NCBI GenBank assembly: GCA_051362555.1
Contig: CM120641.1
Coordinates: 4,278,001 to 4,342,000 of the forward strand
DNA length: 64,000 nt
Direction of reading: 5' to 3'
From: Lingula anatina
Lineage: Eukaryota > Animalia > Brachiopoda
Part shown: in pieces, positions 36,293 through 49,700 of the stretch
Position numbering within the stretch: the stretch's first letter is position 1
Layout of the letters: every line of letters starts with the position of its first letter
The notes under the pieces: model-generated
Told to the model about the DNA's origin: nothing
What the model saw: the letters and a program-made list of their open reading frames with translations, nothing else
The model's database searches: none
Made by a program: the position numbers and the translations under genes

Positions 36293-39200
36293 GTAAGAAC
36301 CTATATGTTTTGTGCTATTTAAAACATGTGGCATTGAACTAGGCTTTCCTTAACATAAGAATTTTTAAGTATAGTGCAATAGTGAATTCAAGTTAATTAG
36401 TGTTGGGTCTCAAATATAATACTTCTCCACTTTTGAGAATGATACACCTTTTTTGTAATTTAATTCAAATGATAACTTTCAATTACACTAAAAATAACAA
36501 TGTTCCTCTTTATGTACCTTTTTAGCATGTGACCAAATGGATGATATTGGGAGTACAGTTGAGGCACCTTCAGGGTTAGATGCCAGCAGCCAGATGGCAA
36601 TTATCTTAGGAGGCATTTTGGGGAGCATATCTTTAATTGCTGTGACCCTAATAGTGGTTGTAAAATTAAGCAAAAGAAAAAGTAAGGAGATATTGATATT
36701 TTGATAATTGAGGTTTCCTTCACAAAAGCAGTACTTTTAAGTATTGAAAATTAATTATTTATTAATTATTAAAAAATTAATTTAAAAATTATTTCCATTA
36801 CTTATTTGGCAGTCTGTCTTTATTTTTTTCCCTCAACAACAGTCAGTAGTTCTACGGGGAGGCTCATACATTTTAAGGCAATGTTAGTGTGCAAAAGAAA
36901 TATTGAAGCATTATTGAGTCAACTATTACCATTTCCAAGAAGTATTTTCAATAACTTTAGTGTCATTTTATTATTATCATTATTTGTAACATTAGTGAAA
37001 CTATTTGGAGAAAAAGTTCCATTATTCATTTCTAGTCCAACAGGATCTACAAAGTTATATATACGTACTATCACTACGTAATTGTTTTAGTTTCATGACA
37101 ATATAATCAATACAAATGTTGCAAAGAAAAGTGAAAATGAAAGGCATTTATTTTCTGAATTGACCCTTTTTTTTAGGAGAAATATATGTTTGGAATCCAC
37201 CTTCTCATCCAGATTGAGCAAAACTTCACTAGTAATCCTACTGCTATTGGCAGAGACAACCAGGGATATCAGAGATCTACAGAAAAAAGATATGAAAGAG
37301 GCTTCAAACACCACAAGAACATCAGACATCAACCAGTTTATAAGTAATGGCGAAGTTATGGTGACTGATGTATATTCCTGCATCAGATTATTGAAGAACA
37401 TACTAATTAAAAAGTATATCACAGATTTGTATGTGGTTCTAAAAAGGACTTGTGTTTTATTGCCTTTCTTTGATAATTGACATTGACAAAATGTATTAAA
37501 AACATCATAACAGAAATGCAACATACCCAAGACATTCCAGTAATATCTCAAACACAGAAAAGTACTGTAGCTGACTGGTAATGGATACTTGCTTTGATAA
37601 TATACAAATAAAATCTTACTGAAAATCTTTAATCTTTAGCTGCGTGTTTTAAAGTTTCCCAGCGAATGTGTGTGGTATCATCTCCAGTCTCTGAGCAACC
37701 TTTTACTACGTGCATACAACAAGAAAGATGAGAAGTGGGTGAAGATTCCATGTCTCCCACATACTAGAGCCAGCCATGCTTGTTTGTTTATACACTGTGA
37801 GACCTGGTTGGAAGTTCACGTGCCCCTGTTTCTGCTACTTTGATTGGTTATAAGGGTCAAGCAGCAGGGCTTTTCACTTTGATATTGAGACAAATGTAAT
37901 CAATGTAGAGGGTACCAGAGAAGACAGGATTGTGCCGGAAGTGTGACGTCATGTGATGTCAAGTGGTGTAAGACGTGAACCTGAGTTGTCATTTTAAGCT
38001 GGAGGTGAATGGGAGTGAAGACATGGGTTTAGAGAAAAAAAGCAGTTTTTCCAACAAAATAGTATAGATAACATTTTTTCTTTTGGTATTTTGGGCTGAA
38101 AATAATAGGTACCTGATATGAAAACATGCTATGATACTTGAAGGTGCAAAATCATGCTTAATTTGCAGTCAATTCGTTTTGAAATATGTGCATGCAGCAT
38201 ATATTTCTAAACAAATTGACTGCAAACTGAGAAGTTCTCAATATGGGAATCTATATATTTTAGGTAATTTCCTTTTTAACATTTACAAACACTATATAAT
38301 ACCCTTTCTCAAATTAATATCATGTTCACACGTTTCTGTAAATATCCTGAATTTAAATATTAATGTAAAATGTCAGAGACTGATTTATGATGAGAGAGAG
38401 AGAGAGAGAGAGGAATTGTGCTTTTGCACCACCTCTCTCTTTGTTGGGAGAAACATGGCTTCTCAGATTAGGAAATCTTTTATGTTTCCTTTTCATATTA
38501 ATTTAATTCTTCACACATTTCTATAAATGTCCCAAACTAGAGGAGGGTGTTATAAATTAAACACATCTTGACAATATCCCATAGCTATTTAGCCTGCAGA
38601 GTGGTTTAGTTATTATGATTAACATTATTGTTTATATCTTTATTAATATTAAACAATTATTACTGCTTGCAGGTATACATGTTTGGAACCTGTACTATGC
38701 ATCATACATTAGCAATGGTGCAAAGTAGTGATACTTCTATAAAATGTTTTTCAAATATCAAATTTTATTAGATGTTTGAATACAACCAATAGAATAGAAT
38801 AGAACCAATGATACTGAATTGTTATAAAGACATGAAGGTAGCAGGGTGAGCATATATGCTTGGAGTTTTGCCCGAGAGGGATATATCTAGAGTTCAACTC
38901 ACTGCCCTGTGAAGCCATATTTTTGTGGCCTGAGATTTTGCATGTGTTACTTTGTGACCTGACCTGCCATTTTCTCCAAAAGTGAGTCTGTGCCCTGTTT
39001 TCATCTTTTGGATCTTCCACATTAATCAAGAAACAGATTATCAATTACAAGTGCTCGGGTGGGGTGGAAGCATGAAGGGAATAAATAAATAATTATAAGC
39101 AGTATCCTTGGGACACAAGGTATACGTAACTCTGCAATTTATATCTTTCAATTTATGCTGTGAAATATCACCCAACTAGCCTGTTGATCTCATGAATCAA

Positions 39201-40736
39201 CCAAATGACCATTAATTGGGTTGCTAAACTGCAAGTAATTAACCCCCTCCCCTCCCCCGAACTCATACTGGCAGGTTTCCAAATGAAGAATACACCGCAG
39301 AAAAATTTTGGGGCTCAAAACAGAGCCAGCCAAGGACACATTTGGGGAACACATTTGAACATGTCATGATGGACATTTACAGGTGTAGGACCAGAACAGA
39401 GACTCTTGTAAACAGTTAAAAACCATGGGACTGAATTTGATTTGAGGGCCAGAAGACAGTCATAACACATGCCTTCTTATTCCCACTTTACCATCACGCC
39501 ACTTTCACAGCACAAGTATACATAAGTTTAAAATCTGAACTATTAACTTAAACTATTAATAAATTCAAAAATAATTGCAAAAATATATATAAAAAAAACT
39601 TACCTGCTTGACAAAGGATCTGTGCTCATTACGAAAAACCCTTTTTTCAACAGGCGATAGCATGCGTTTGTTTTTGAAATACTTCATATCATAAAGTGGA
39701 TTTAACATGCAAAATTTTATACAAGCAAATAAATCCAAGTAATGAAAGGGAGTAAATATAAGTCGAAACTGTTCATATGATGCCCACTGTGTGATAACAG
39801 TCACAGCTGCGCAGCTACTGACCTTTAAATATGTCTCATTATTTAAAGTGAAGAATGCAAGACCCAGGGTGTAATCAAGGCCAGCGTCAAATTGTTTTAA
39901 ACTCCAAGCTTCACTTTCAATTACTATCATATTGTTTGTGATCCCCCTGCTTTTGTCCAGAAAGCAAAGCTATGCAATGGCCTTCAAAAGGTCTTGGCTA
40001 TGTACGGCTATGTGGCTGTCAAAGGACTTTTATACACATGCATACGTAATATGGGCTGGAAGTCTTGAATCCCAAAATAAACTTGTTCTTTCAATTTTAG
40101 CTGTACCCAGTGCTGAGGTCTCAGGTTGGATTTTCACTAGAAAAAAATGTTTCTGTCTAATTTGTGGCACTTTTCTCTACTGTGAGACAGAATTTACGTT
40201 CGGAGTCACCTTCATCCCTCACCTGGCCTACAGTAAAGAGTAGGGAGTAGGGATGCAAAGATGTATAAAGAAGTGATCCATTTATTAATGAATATGTGAA
40301 AATTTAGGAAAAGAAATTGGGTAATACAATGCAAAACAAAGAAACACAAACAGATATTTAGAAAAGGTATATTTTGTGTATTTATATGGTACTACATTTT
40401 AACATATTTAAATATAATAAATCAATTACTTTCTTGGTGTTGCTCACACACTGGACAAGTTAAATGGTGTATTTTGCTTACAGGTACAGGCTGTAATGAA
40501 CAAAAGTACTCACTTAAGTAATTTTACGTAAATAAAAGTACATTAGCAGTTTAAAGTAATTTAATGCAAATTAGTTTCATTCATGCACAACATTAGCCAT
40601 AATATTGATGTACCTACTTGTTTGGCATTCTAGTGTCGGGGAGTCAGTGTAGTGTTAGTTGAATATTACAGACATCTGTTAATCTGATTTCATTCAGTGA
40701 CATACCCCGTTGATTTAGTGTCTGTGATCATGTTGT

Positions 40737-43700
40737 TCAATAATCTGGTGGAGGAATATGCATCTGTGGCCCTATCATATAAGCTGGTTGATGTCTGATG
40801 TTGTTGTGGTGTTTGGAGCTTCTTTCATATCTTCTTTCTGTAGAGCTCTGGTATCCCTGGTTGTCTCTGCCAATAGCAGCAGGATCACCAATGTATCTGT
40901 CTCCTCTCAGCATATTGGTGTTTTGGGCATGGACATAGCCTAAATGTGACGTTTTGCTGAGACTGGATCCCAAATTGGATTTCAAATATACATTTTTCCT
41001 TAAAAAAAGATTCAATTAAAAAAATTAAACACTTTTAAGGGGTGTTATCTTTGAAAATTTCATTATGCATTACATTAATTGTAACCAACCCAAAACAATT
41101 ATGTACTAATAGTATACTAGTTTATATCTTTGCAGATCCTGATTGGAATGAACAATGGGACTTTTTCTCCAATACAATCAATACTGTAACAAATAGTAAT
41201 CCGGACATTGCCTTTATCAATGTTCAGAAAAAAACACAGTAGGACTTATTTAACCATGAGACACTCAATCATTTTAATGATTTAAAAATCACTGTTAAAT
41301 TAGTGAATTAAAATAATTATTATAATAACAAAATGATAATAATGTTATTAATAATGATAGTTAACCTAAAAATGGTTCCATATTTCTTTTGCAAACCAAA
41401 TTTGCCTTGAGATGGATGAATCTCAGCTTCTGCCAAATTAAAGACAGACTGGCAAATGATTTAAGAAAATAAATGTAAAAGTATTGCTTTCATGAGGAAA
41501 ACTTCAAATATTAAAAGAATTAACTTCTCTGCTTTAAAACTTACCTTTTCTTTTGCTTTGATTTCCAATGTAGGGTATGTCTAATTGCTGCAACCACTAT
41601 TAGAGTTACAGCAATAAATGATATGCTCCCCAAAACGCCTCCTAAGACAATTGCCATCTGGCTGGCATCTGACACTGAAGGTGCCTCAGCTGTACTACCA
41701 ATATGGTCACACACTAAAAAGATACATACGCATTGTTATTTTCAGTATACTAGGGTAAATGAAAGGTATCATTTTAAATCAAGTAACAATTAAGGGCAGA
41801 TTCTTATGTAAAGGAAAGCATAGTTTAAGGCCAAATCTATGATCATTTAGCAAAAAGATAGCTTTTATACCATCAGCTGAAGTCCAGTTGTATGTCGTGG
41901 TACTGGAATGACAGACTGTAGTATTGTCCACTGGGTTTACTTGACATGTATTGTAACAAACGTCATCTATCAAGCATGTGTTATTCTGAAAAAATATATG
42001 AGTGAATATGAATGATGTTTTGATTCAGTACACTGCACAATGTCATGTAACAACAAACTACAATGACAGTTAATATATCTCTGGACATTAAATGCTTGTT
42101 AAAGAATTTTCAATTTAAGAAACCAAAGGAATCGTTATTTAAAGAACATATATATTGCTTCAATTAAACCACATGTATCTACCAAAATAATCCACTCTGT
42201 CTGTGACATGCTTGGATCACAAATCTGGCATGGCCTTGTGGGATTGTGTTGGGTTTCATTGTAGCATGAACCATTTATACTGCAGGTGCCATTCTGGGGA
42301 CAAAAAGTATTTTTTATTAACCTTTATTGGAGAATATTAATGAAGTTTAATATCTAATATGAGAATACCATCCATGGACATTTAATTTACCCCATGCTTT
42401 GTGATAATTGGCCGATTTCAGAATATATATATAGTACCTTGATTGTCCAAGAGGTTGTAGAGGTGCTGGGAGAACAAATGTGACATATGTGACCATCCCT
42501 TGATTGCAGGTTGCCAATGCAGCTTCCTTCAATTTCACAACTTTCACTCTGAAATAAATACAAGCATAACTTTCAGCAGAACGTCCTACTGAATATAATT
42601 TATCAAGTAGCTATCTGGAAGTATTTTCAATTTTCATTTGTCACTACTCAGTCAAAGTTCTTACTAATTCTAGGTTTAAGTAGTTAATTTCTTCATAGTA
42701 AACACTATGTAATCCAAAAGTTGCCATACTAATTATATTAATTAATTTGTTCTGAATGAAAGAATTTTTTACCAGATCTGTCCACTGTGTGTTTGACACT
42801 GTGGGATCACAAATCTGACATGCCCTTGCTGGATTCTGCTGGGTTTCATTGTAGCATAAACCATTTATAGTACAGGTGCCATTCTGGTGGACATAAATTA
42901 TATTTTAAACAAAAGTAATACAATAAATCTATGCATTCACTTTATGTCATGGCTAATAAACCTACAAGAATGAATATGTAGCAATTCCCTGATATCAGAA
43001 CATACCCAGTACTACCTTGACTGACCAAGACATTTGATAAAATGCAAACATTTTCAAAATGAACCATTCCTATTCTTTTCAATATGATGTGACAGTAATG
43101 ATCTATGTTTTCTAAATGAGATATTCTCACCAGATCTGTCCACTCTGTCTGTGACACTCTGGGATCACAAATCTGGCATGGCCTTGCTGGGTTCTGCTGG
43201 GTTTCATTGTAGCATAAACCATTTATACTGCAGGTGCCATTCTGGAAATAGATATTGTACTTATTTTAGTTTTTTTTATTTGAGAATATTTATAAAGAGC
43301 ATTATCATTAAAAAAAGTTATTCTTAAAAAAAAGTTTTAAAAAGTTATTCTAAGTTAAAAAGTTAAAAAAGTTATTCTAAGCAATTACTAAAAAAAGAAT
43401 GACAAGTACTTACGCAGTACCTTGATTGTCCCAATTTGAAAATATTGATTGATTTCATTAATATATATGCAGTAATTTAATAATATTAGAATGTGGTTTG
43501 TACCTTGATTGTCCAAGAGGTTGTAGAGGTGCTGGGAGAACAAATGTGACATATGTGACCATCTCTTGATTGCAGGTTGCTAATGCATTTCCCATCAAGT
43601 TCACAAGCTTCATTCTGAAAGAGAAAAAATATAATAATATATCTTAAAGCTGAACCTTCTGCATTATTACAATGTGAAGTAAATATTGGATACACTGAAG

Positions 43701-46700
43701 TTCTGTTATGTGTCCTTTAAAATGAAGACTCCTGCTGTAGAACAGTTATATATATTTTTTCCAAAATGCACATTATGAAACCAAATAAGTCATGTTAATT
43801 AAACTTTTCATTTCTTAAAATTAAATTACATCCATGTCAAGTATACAAATTAATTTTGAAACAAAAATTTAACATGGACATTCGTAACTATCTCTGATTA
43901 TTTGACTTAAATATCAAAAACATTTTACAAGTTGTACCTTTCCTTCACCTTAATAATATGGTGCCACAGTAAAAGTCTATACCATTACATTATTTCTTTT
44001 CTAAATCTGACTTTCTCACCAGCTGTGTCCACTCTGTATTTGACACTCTGGGATCACAAATCTGGCATGGCCTTGCTGGGTTCTGCTGGGTTTCATTGTA
44101 GCATGAACCATTTATACTGCAGGTGCCATTCTGGAAATAAATGTTGTATTTTTAAACTCATAAACATTGATTTATTCAATATATTCAAGTCAATCTTTCA
44201 TGATGAATATAATTTTCTCACTCTAAACAATTAACTGATATCAGGAAATGTCTCATATAGTACCTTGACTTTCTGGATATTGATTTTGGATTATTTTACT
44301 AAATATGTACCAATTTGGCAGACATAGAAAATGCCTTCATGTCCAACAAATTATCCCCATTTGTAATTTTAATAATATCAGAATATGGCTTGTACCTTTA
44401 TTGTCCAAGAAGTTCTAGAAGTGCCAGAAGAACAAATGTGACACACGTGACCATCTCTTGCTTCCAGGCTGCCAATGCATCTTCCTTCAATTTCACAACG
44501 TTCACTCTGAAATATATTACAAAAACATAACTTTCAGCAGAACTTACTACTGAATATATAATATAATATAATATAATATAATATAATATAATATAATATA
44601 ATATAATATAATATAATATAATATAATATAATATAATATAATATAATATAATATTGATCAAGAGGATATCTGTAATTAGTGTCACCTTTTATTTGTCACT
44701 ATTCAGTCAAAGTCCTCTAGGAATAATTAAGTAGTAACTTTCTTCTTACTAAACACTATGTAATCCATAACAGTTACTGTCATACTAGACTTGAAATTAA
44801 TTATTCTAAATCTGACTTTCTCACCAGCTGTGTCCACTCTGTGTTTGACACTCTGGGATCACAAATCTGACATGGCCTTACTGGGTTCTGCTGGGTTTCA
44901 TTGTAGCATGAACCATTTATACTGCAGGTGCCATTCTGGGAACATAAATTGTATCATACTAAAAAATTTGATTAAAGATTTTATGTCTTCTCCATCTCAG
45001 TGTACCACAAACTTTTATGGTCTCATTCATAGCAAGAAAGAAGGCAACAAGGAGTATTGATTGTTCGTTTCCTATAATTTATTCCATTGACATATAATAT
45101 GTAATAATGTACATAATAATTAAATAACATCAGAATGTGTTTTGTACCTTGATTGTCCAAGAGGTTCTAGAGGTGCTGGGAGAACAAATGTGACACATGT
45201 GACCATCCCTTGATTGCAGGTTGCTAATGCATTTCCCATCAAGTTCACAGGTTTCTTTCTAAAAATGAATAAACGAAAATTAATTCTTTTTGTGCCATAA
45301 TTCACTTAGGCCTCATGCACTATTTTACAAAGAGTTTTCATCAAAATGCACATGTCATTTAAAACAAGGGATATTAATTATATATCTATTTGGAGAAATT
45401 TTCACCTGATCAGTCCAATTTGTCTTTGAAACATTCGGATCACAAATCTGGCATGGTCTTGCTGGGTTCTGCTGGGTTTCATTGTAGCATGAACCATTAA
45501 TACTGCAGGTACCATTCTGGAAACATAAACAAAATATTTAAACAAAAATATTGAATAATTTTATGCATTCAATTTAGAGATAGGATAATCTATTTCATGG
45601 CCAATAAACTTTTCAGCAATGGATATTTAGCAATTCCCTGATATCAAAATGTACTACCTTGATTGACCAAGAGATTTGATAAAACATGCAAATATTTTCA
45701 AAATGAACCATTCCTATTCTTTTCAATATAATGCCATAGTAATGCTCTATGTGATTACAGCATTTCTTTTCTGAATAAGTTATTCTCACAAGATCTGTCC
45801 ACTCTGTGTTTGACACTCTGGGATCACAAATCTTGCAGGATTCTGCTGGGTTTCATTGTAACATGAACCATTTATACTGCAGGTGCCATTCTGTAAATTC
45901 ACACTGTATTTTTTTTATCTGGCATGATATTGTATCATTCTACAAACTCTGAGATAATAATTAATTTTATTGATATATAATATGAAATAATGTAATAATT
46001 TAATAATATCAGAATTTGGCTTGTACCTTGACTGTCCAAGAGGTTCTAGAGGTGCTGGGAGAACAAATGTGACACATGTGACCATCTTTTAATTCTAGGC
46101 TGCCAATACATCTCCCTTCAATTTCACAACGTTCACTCTGAAATAAATACAAGTATACTTTCAGTAGAACTTCCTACTGAATATAATTTATCAAGAAGAC
46201 AACTGGAATATTTTCATCTTTATCTGTCATATTTCAGTCAAATATTTTAGGTATAATTAAGGTGTAACTTACATTAAACTAAATACTGTATAATCTAAAA
46301 CTATTGTACTAGACATGTATGTTTTTTTTTTCTAAATGAGATATTATCACCAGATCTGTCCACTTTGTGTTTGACACTCTGGGATCACAAATCTGGCATG
46401 GCCTTGCTGGATTCTGCTGGGTTTCATTGTAACATGAACCATTTATACTGCAGGTACCATTCTGAAAATAAATACTGTATTTTTTAGCATTTATTTGCTT
46501 TTTTTTAAAAAATAATTTTATGGCTATGAAGACAATCCCCCCCCCCCCCCCAAGACAATCTCCCTTCCCTAGTCAATTTCCTCCTGTTATGGATAAAATT
46601 AATGAGAATGAACAATGTGATATTGAGAAAAAAATTATAAATGCCTACCTATAATCAAAATCTCAATTAGATAGTGTAACAAACAATTTCACTTATTCAG

Positions 46701-49700
46701 GTAGCCTTTTGATGAACTAATTGACACTTTTAATTGTTTAACCCCCCCCCCCCCCCCCCCTTTAGCATGTTGAATGCCAATAATCAAGGTGCATCACCAG
46801 TTAAAGGTGGGATAAACAGATAATCTTACTCATCCAGGTATCCCTTTGATGAGCTTTCTGTCAGTTTTACTTGTTTCTCCTCTACCCCATGACATACTTT
46901 TTCTACTTTCAATATTATTAGTTACATCATTCAGAAAACTCAATAACATCAAAGTGCAGATAAAATATAATTTGTTAACTTTAGAAAAAAATGATTAATT
47001 GTTAGTTTTGTTTGATTAAAAAATAGCATGTAATGGCAAACTTACAAAATTTGCTCATTTTGTAATTCAAAATAACCTAGCTCTCAGGTCTGTTTATGCA
47101 GGTGAGCTACCAAGATATTTTGTATTTAATAGCCAATACTTTTATTTTTATTATATTTATTTTTGTCTCACTATTTTCAATAAAATATGCAACAAATGTA
47201 TAAATGCACCAAAAAGATAATTCAAAAGCAGTGTATATTCTTTTCTGGGAAGGGGGGGGGGGTGTCTTGAGGGGAGGGGGAAGGAATTGGTGAAATGTCC
47301 AGGGAAAATTGTACAGAGGGGGGGTAATGTCCTAGTATCAATATTGTTATCATATAAAAAGATATTAAAAGCTTCACATTTTTCATGACCAAGAAATATT
47401 TTCCATTCTAATTAAATAATTTAAAGGGATAATAACTCTTCATTTTGGCCAAACAATGATTTTTCCTGGAGTAAACAACAATTTTCTCATACTTACCAAT
47501 GGTTAATGAATCCATTTTTACATTCAAAGTTAGTCCCTGTTTTTTTTTCTAAAAAGTTTGGTTTTTTGTTAAAATCTCTTAAGAGATCATAACAGAGTAT
47601 AGCCATCAATGGAGGTCACGTGGTCTGAAGACAAGTTCAGATATCAGAATAATAGCTATAACTGCTGTTTTTGTTGTAAAACAGAATATATTATATTTCT
47701 GTGAGTTATTCACAATGTTTTTATTGGGAAATATAGACCTCATATGAAGAGTTATTATCCTTTTAATAATATCAGAATATATCTAGTACCTTGATTGTCC
47801 AAGAGGTTGTAGAGGTGCTGGGAGAACAAATGTGACACATGTGACCATCTTTTGATTTTTGATTGCTAATGCATTTCCCATCAAGTTCACAAGTTTCATT
47901 CTATAAAATAAAATTTATAAACATATCTTAAAGATGGACTAATTGCTTTCTTAAAAGTTATCTAGTAAATATTTGGGATGCAAACTTATTTTATTGGTCA
48001 TTATTCAATATAAATTCACTTTTTATGGCAATGGTATTTTTTTCACAAAACACACATTATATTATCAAAAGTGCCAAACTAGACATGTAAATTAAATTTT
48101 TATTGAAAGAAATGTCTCACCAGATCTGTCCATTCTGTGTCTGACAATCTTGGATCACAAATCTGGCATGCTTGGTTCTGCTGGGTTTCATTGTAACATG
48201 AGCCATTTATACTGCAGGTGCCATTCTGAAGACAGAAAAAGAATTACTCTTTGAACTGAAGAACATTGAATTACCCAACATGTTCACTGGACAGAGATAT
48301 AGGCAAATTTCACTCTTTCATGGGAAATATATTTTTTCTCACTCTGCAAAATAATTAACTACTCTCAGAAAGTCTCAAAGTGTCTTGCCATTTTTGATGC
48401 AGATATTAGATTCGTTTTTTACCAAAATTTGCAAACTCAAAAATTCTTCTCATTTATAATTCAATTACATCAGAATGTGGCTACCTTGATTGTCCAAGAG
48501 GTTCTAGAGGTGCTGGGAGAACAAATGTGACACAAATGATCTCTTCTTGACTCAAGGCTGCCAATGCAGATCCCCTCAATTTCACAATTTTCACTCTGAA
48601 AAAAGTATACAATATCTCACAACAGAGCTTATTATAATATAATTTTAAGGTAGAAACATGGATTTTTTTCAACTTTGATTATAACTATTATAGAAAACCT
48701 TGCCATAATACAGTTGTTTAAACAAACTAGACATAGTATAATATAAAACTGCCTTGCTAGACATATAAATGATTTTTTTTAATGAAAGAACTTCTCACCA
48801 GATCTGTCCACTCTGTGTTTGATGCACTTGGATCACAAATCTGGCATGGCCTTGCTGGGTTCTGCTGGGTTTCATTGTAGCATAAACCACTTATACTGCA
48901 GGTGCCATTCTGGAAATAGATATTGTACTTATTTTAGTAACTTTTGAGAATATTTATAAATAGTATTATCATATTAAAAAACTAGAGGATCAGAGAGGCG
49001 ATACCGCCTCCGAATATTGTACCACCAGCTGGAGCAAGTGCATTCGTATAGACCCCCACATACACAAAATAAGGGACACAGCCACCAGTCTTGTGCTTGA
49101 CAAGATGTAAACATGCAATCAACAAGAATTTTCAATATATGCAAAAAATATATGAAACTAAAAATGGTACAATCAAATTTAAGTTAATCGTAAGGTAGGT
49201 GAAAGGTCATTTTCAAGGTCACAGTAAATTGCCAGTATAAGACTTCCTATTCAAGTTCAATAGTAACTATGGACCTATCTCTGCCAGGTTTGGAGTTAAA
49301 AGAGAAAGAAATTAGCAGAGTTCAGTTCATGATTATAAGTAGATCAAAAGTCAATTTCAAGGTCACACTTAGATTGTCAGTATATGACTTCCTATTCAAT
49401 TTCAATAGTAACTATGGACCTATCTCTGCCAGTTTTGGAGATAAAAGGGAAGCAAAATTTGCAAAGTTCAGTTCATGGTGAAAAATAGGTCAAAGGTCAA
49501 TTTCAAGGTCACAGTAAGATTGCCAGTATATGACTTTCTATTCAAGTTCAATAGTATCTATGGACCTATCTCTGCCAGTTTTGCAGATAAAAGGGACTAA
49601 ATGTTATAATTTTGGAGTTACCATAATGTGCCATAAATTTCCTACAGAAAAAATTAATTAAAATAAAGAAAAGGTCATTTTGATCAAAATTTTTGGAATG

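Larger units (their letters stand above)
14537..37400 (+). pseudogene. VWDE-related transmembrane protein gene, copy 1 (D8C x2 - VWD - EGF - 11 Cys modules - TM); probably pseudogenised
   Basis: Exons: 14537-14615 (signal-peptide-like), 14987-15147, 19039-19437 (split by MITE), 20359-20478, 20942-21106, 21449-21511, 21728-22005, 22238-22263 (truncated by TE), 27476-27561 (SDPHMMTFDG), 27981-28044, 28337-28555, 28962-29179 (GLCGTLNGNKNDDF), 29743-30040, 30375-30524, 31218-31410 (CPNDCSSNGVC), 31645-31841, 31988-32221, 11 module exons 32819-36292, TM exon 36526-36681, last exon from 37177. Lesions relative to the minus copy: frameshifting insertion, missing exons, TAG at 33346, and 25-nt and 55-nt deletions. 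Confidence 0.85.

Noticed and set aside
37093-37551. 152-aa minus-strand ORF and 106-aa plus-strand ORF over the last exon of copy 1
   Set aside because: Antisense or frameshifted readings of the decayed terminal exon; no independent coding signal.
37600-40700. Possible gene in the spacer between the two inverted copies (ORFs 38131-38526, 39565-39930, 39932-40243)
   Set aside because: No recognisable motifs or consistent exon chain; composition resembles non-coding DNA. A non-coding or small gene cannot be excluded.
44398-44685. ORF with ILYYI repeats
   Set aside because: Translation of an (ATATA)n microsatellite.
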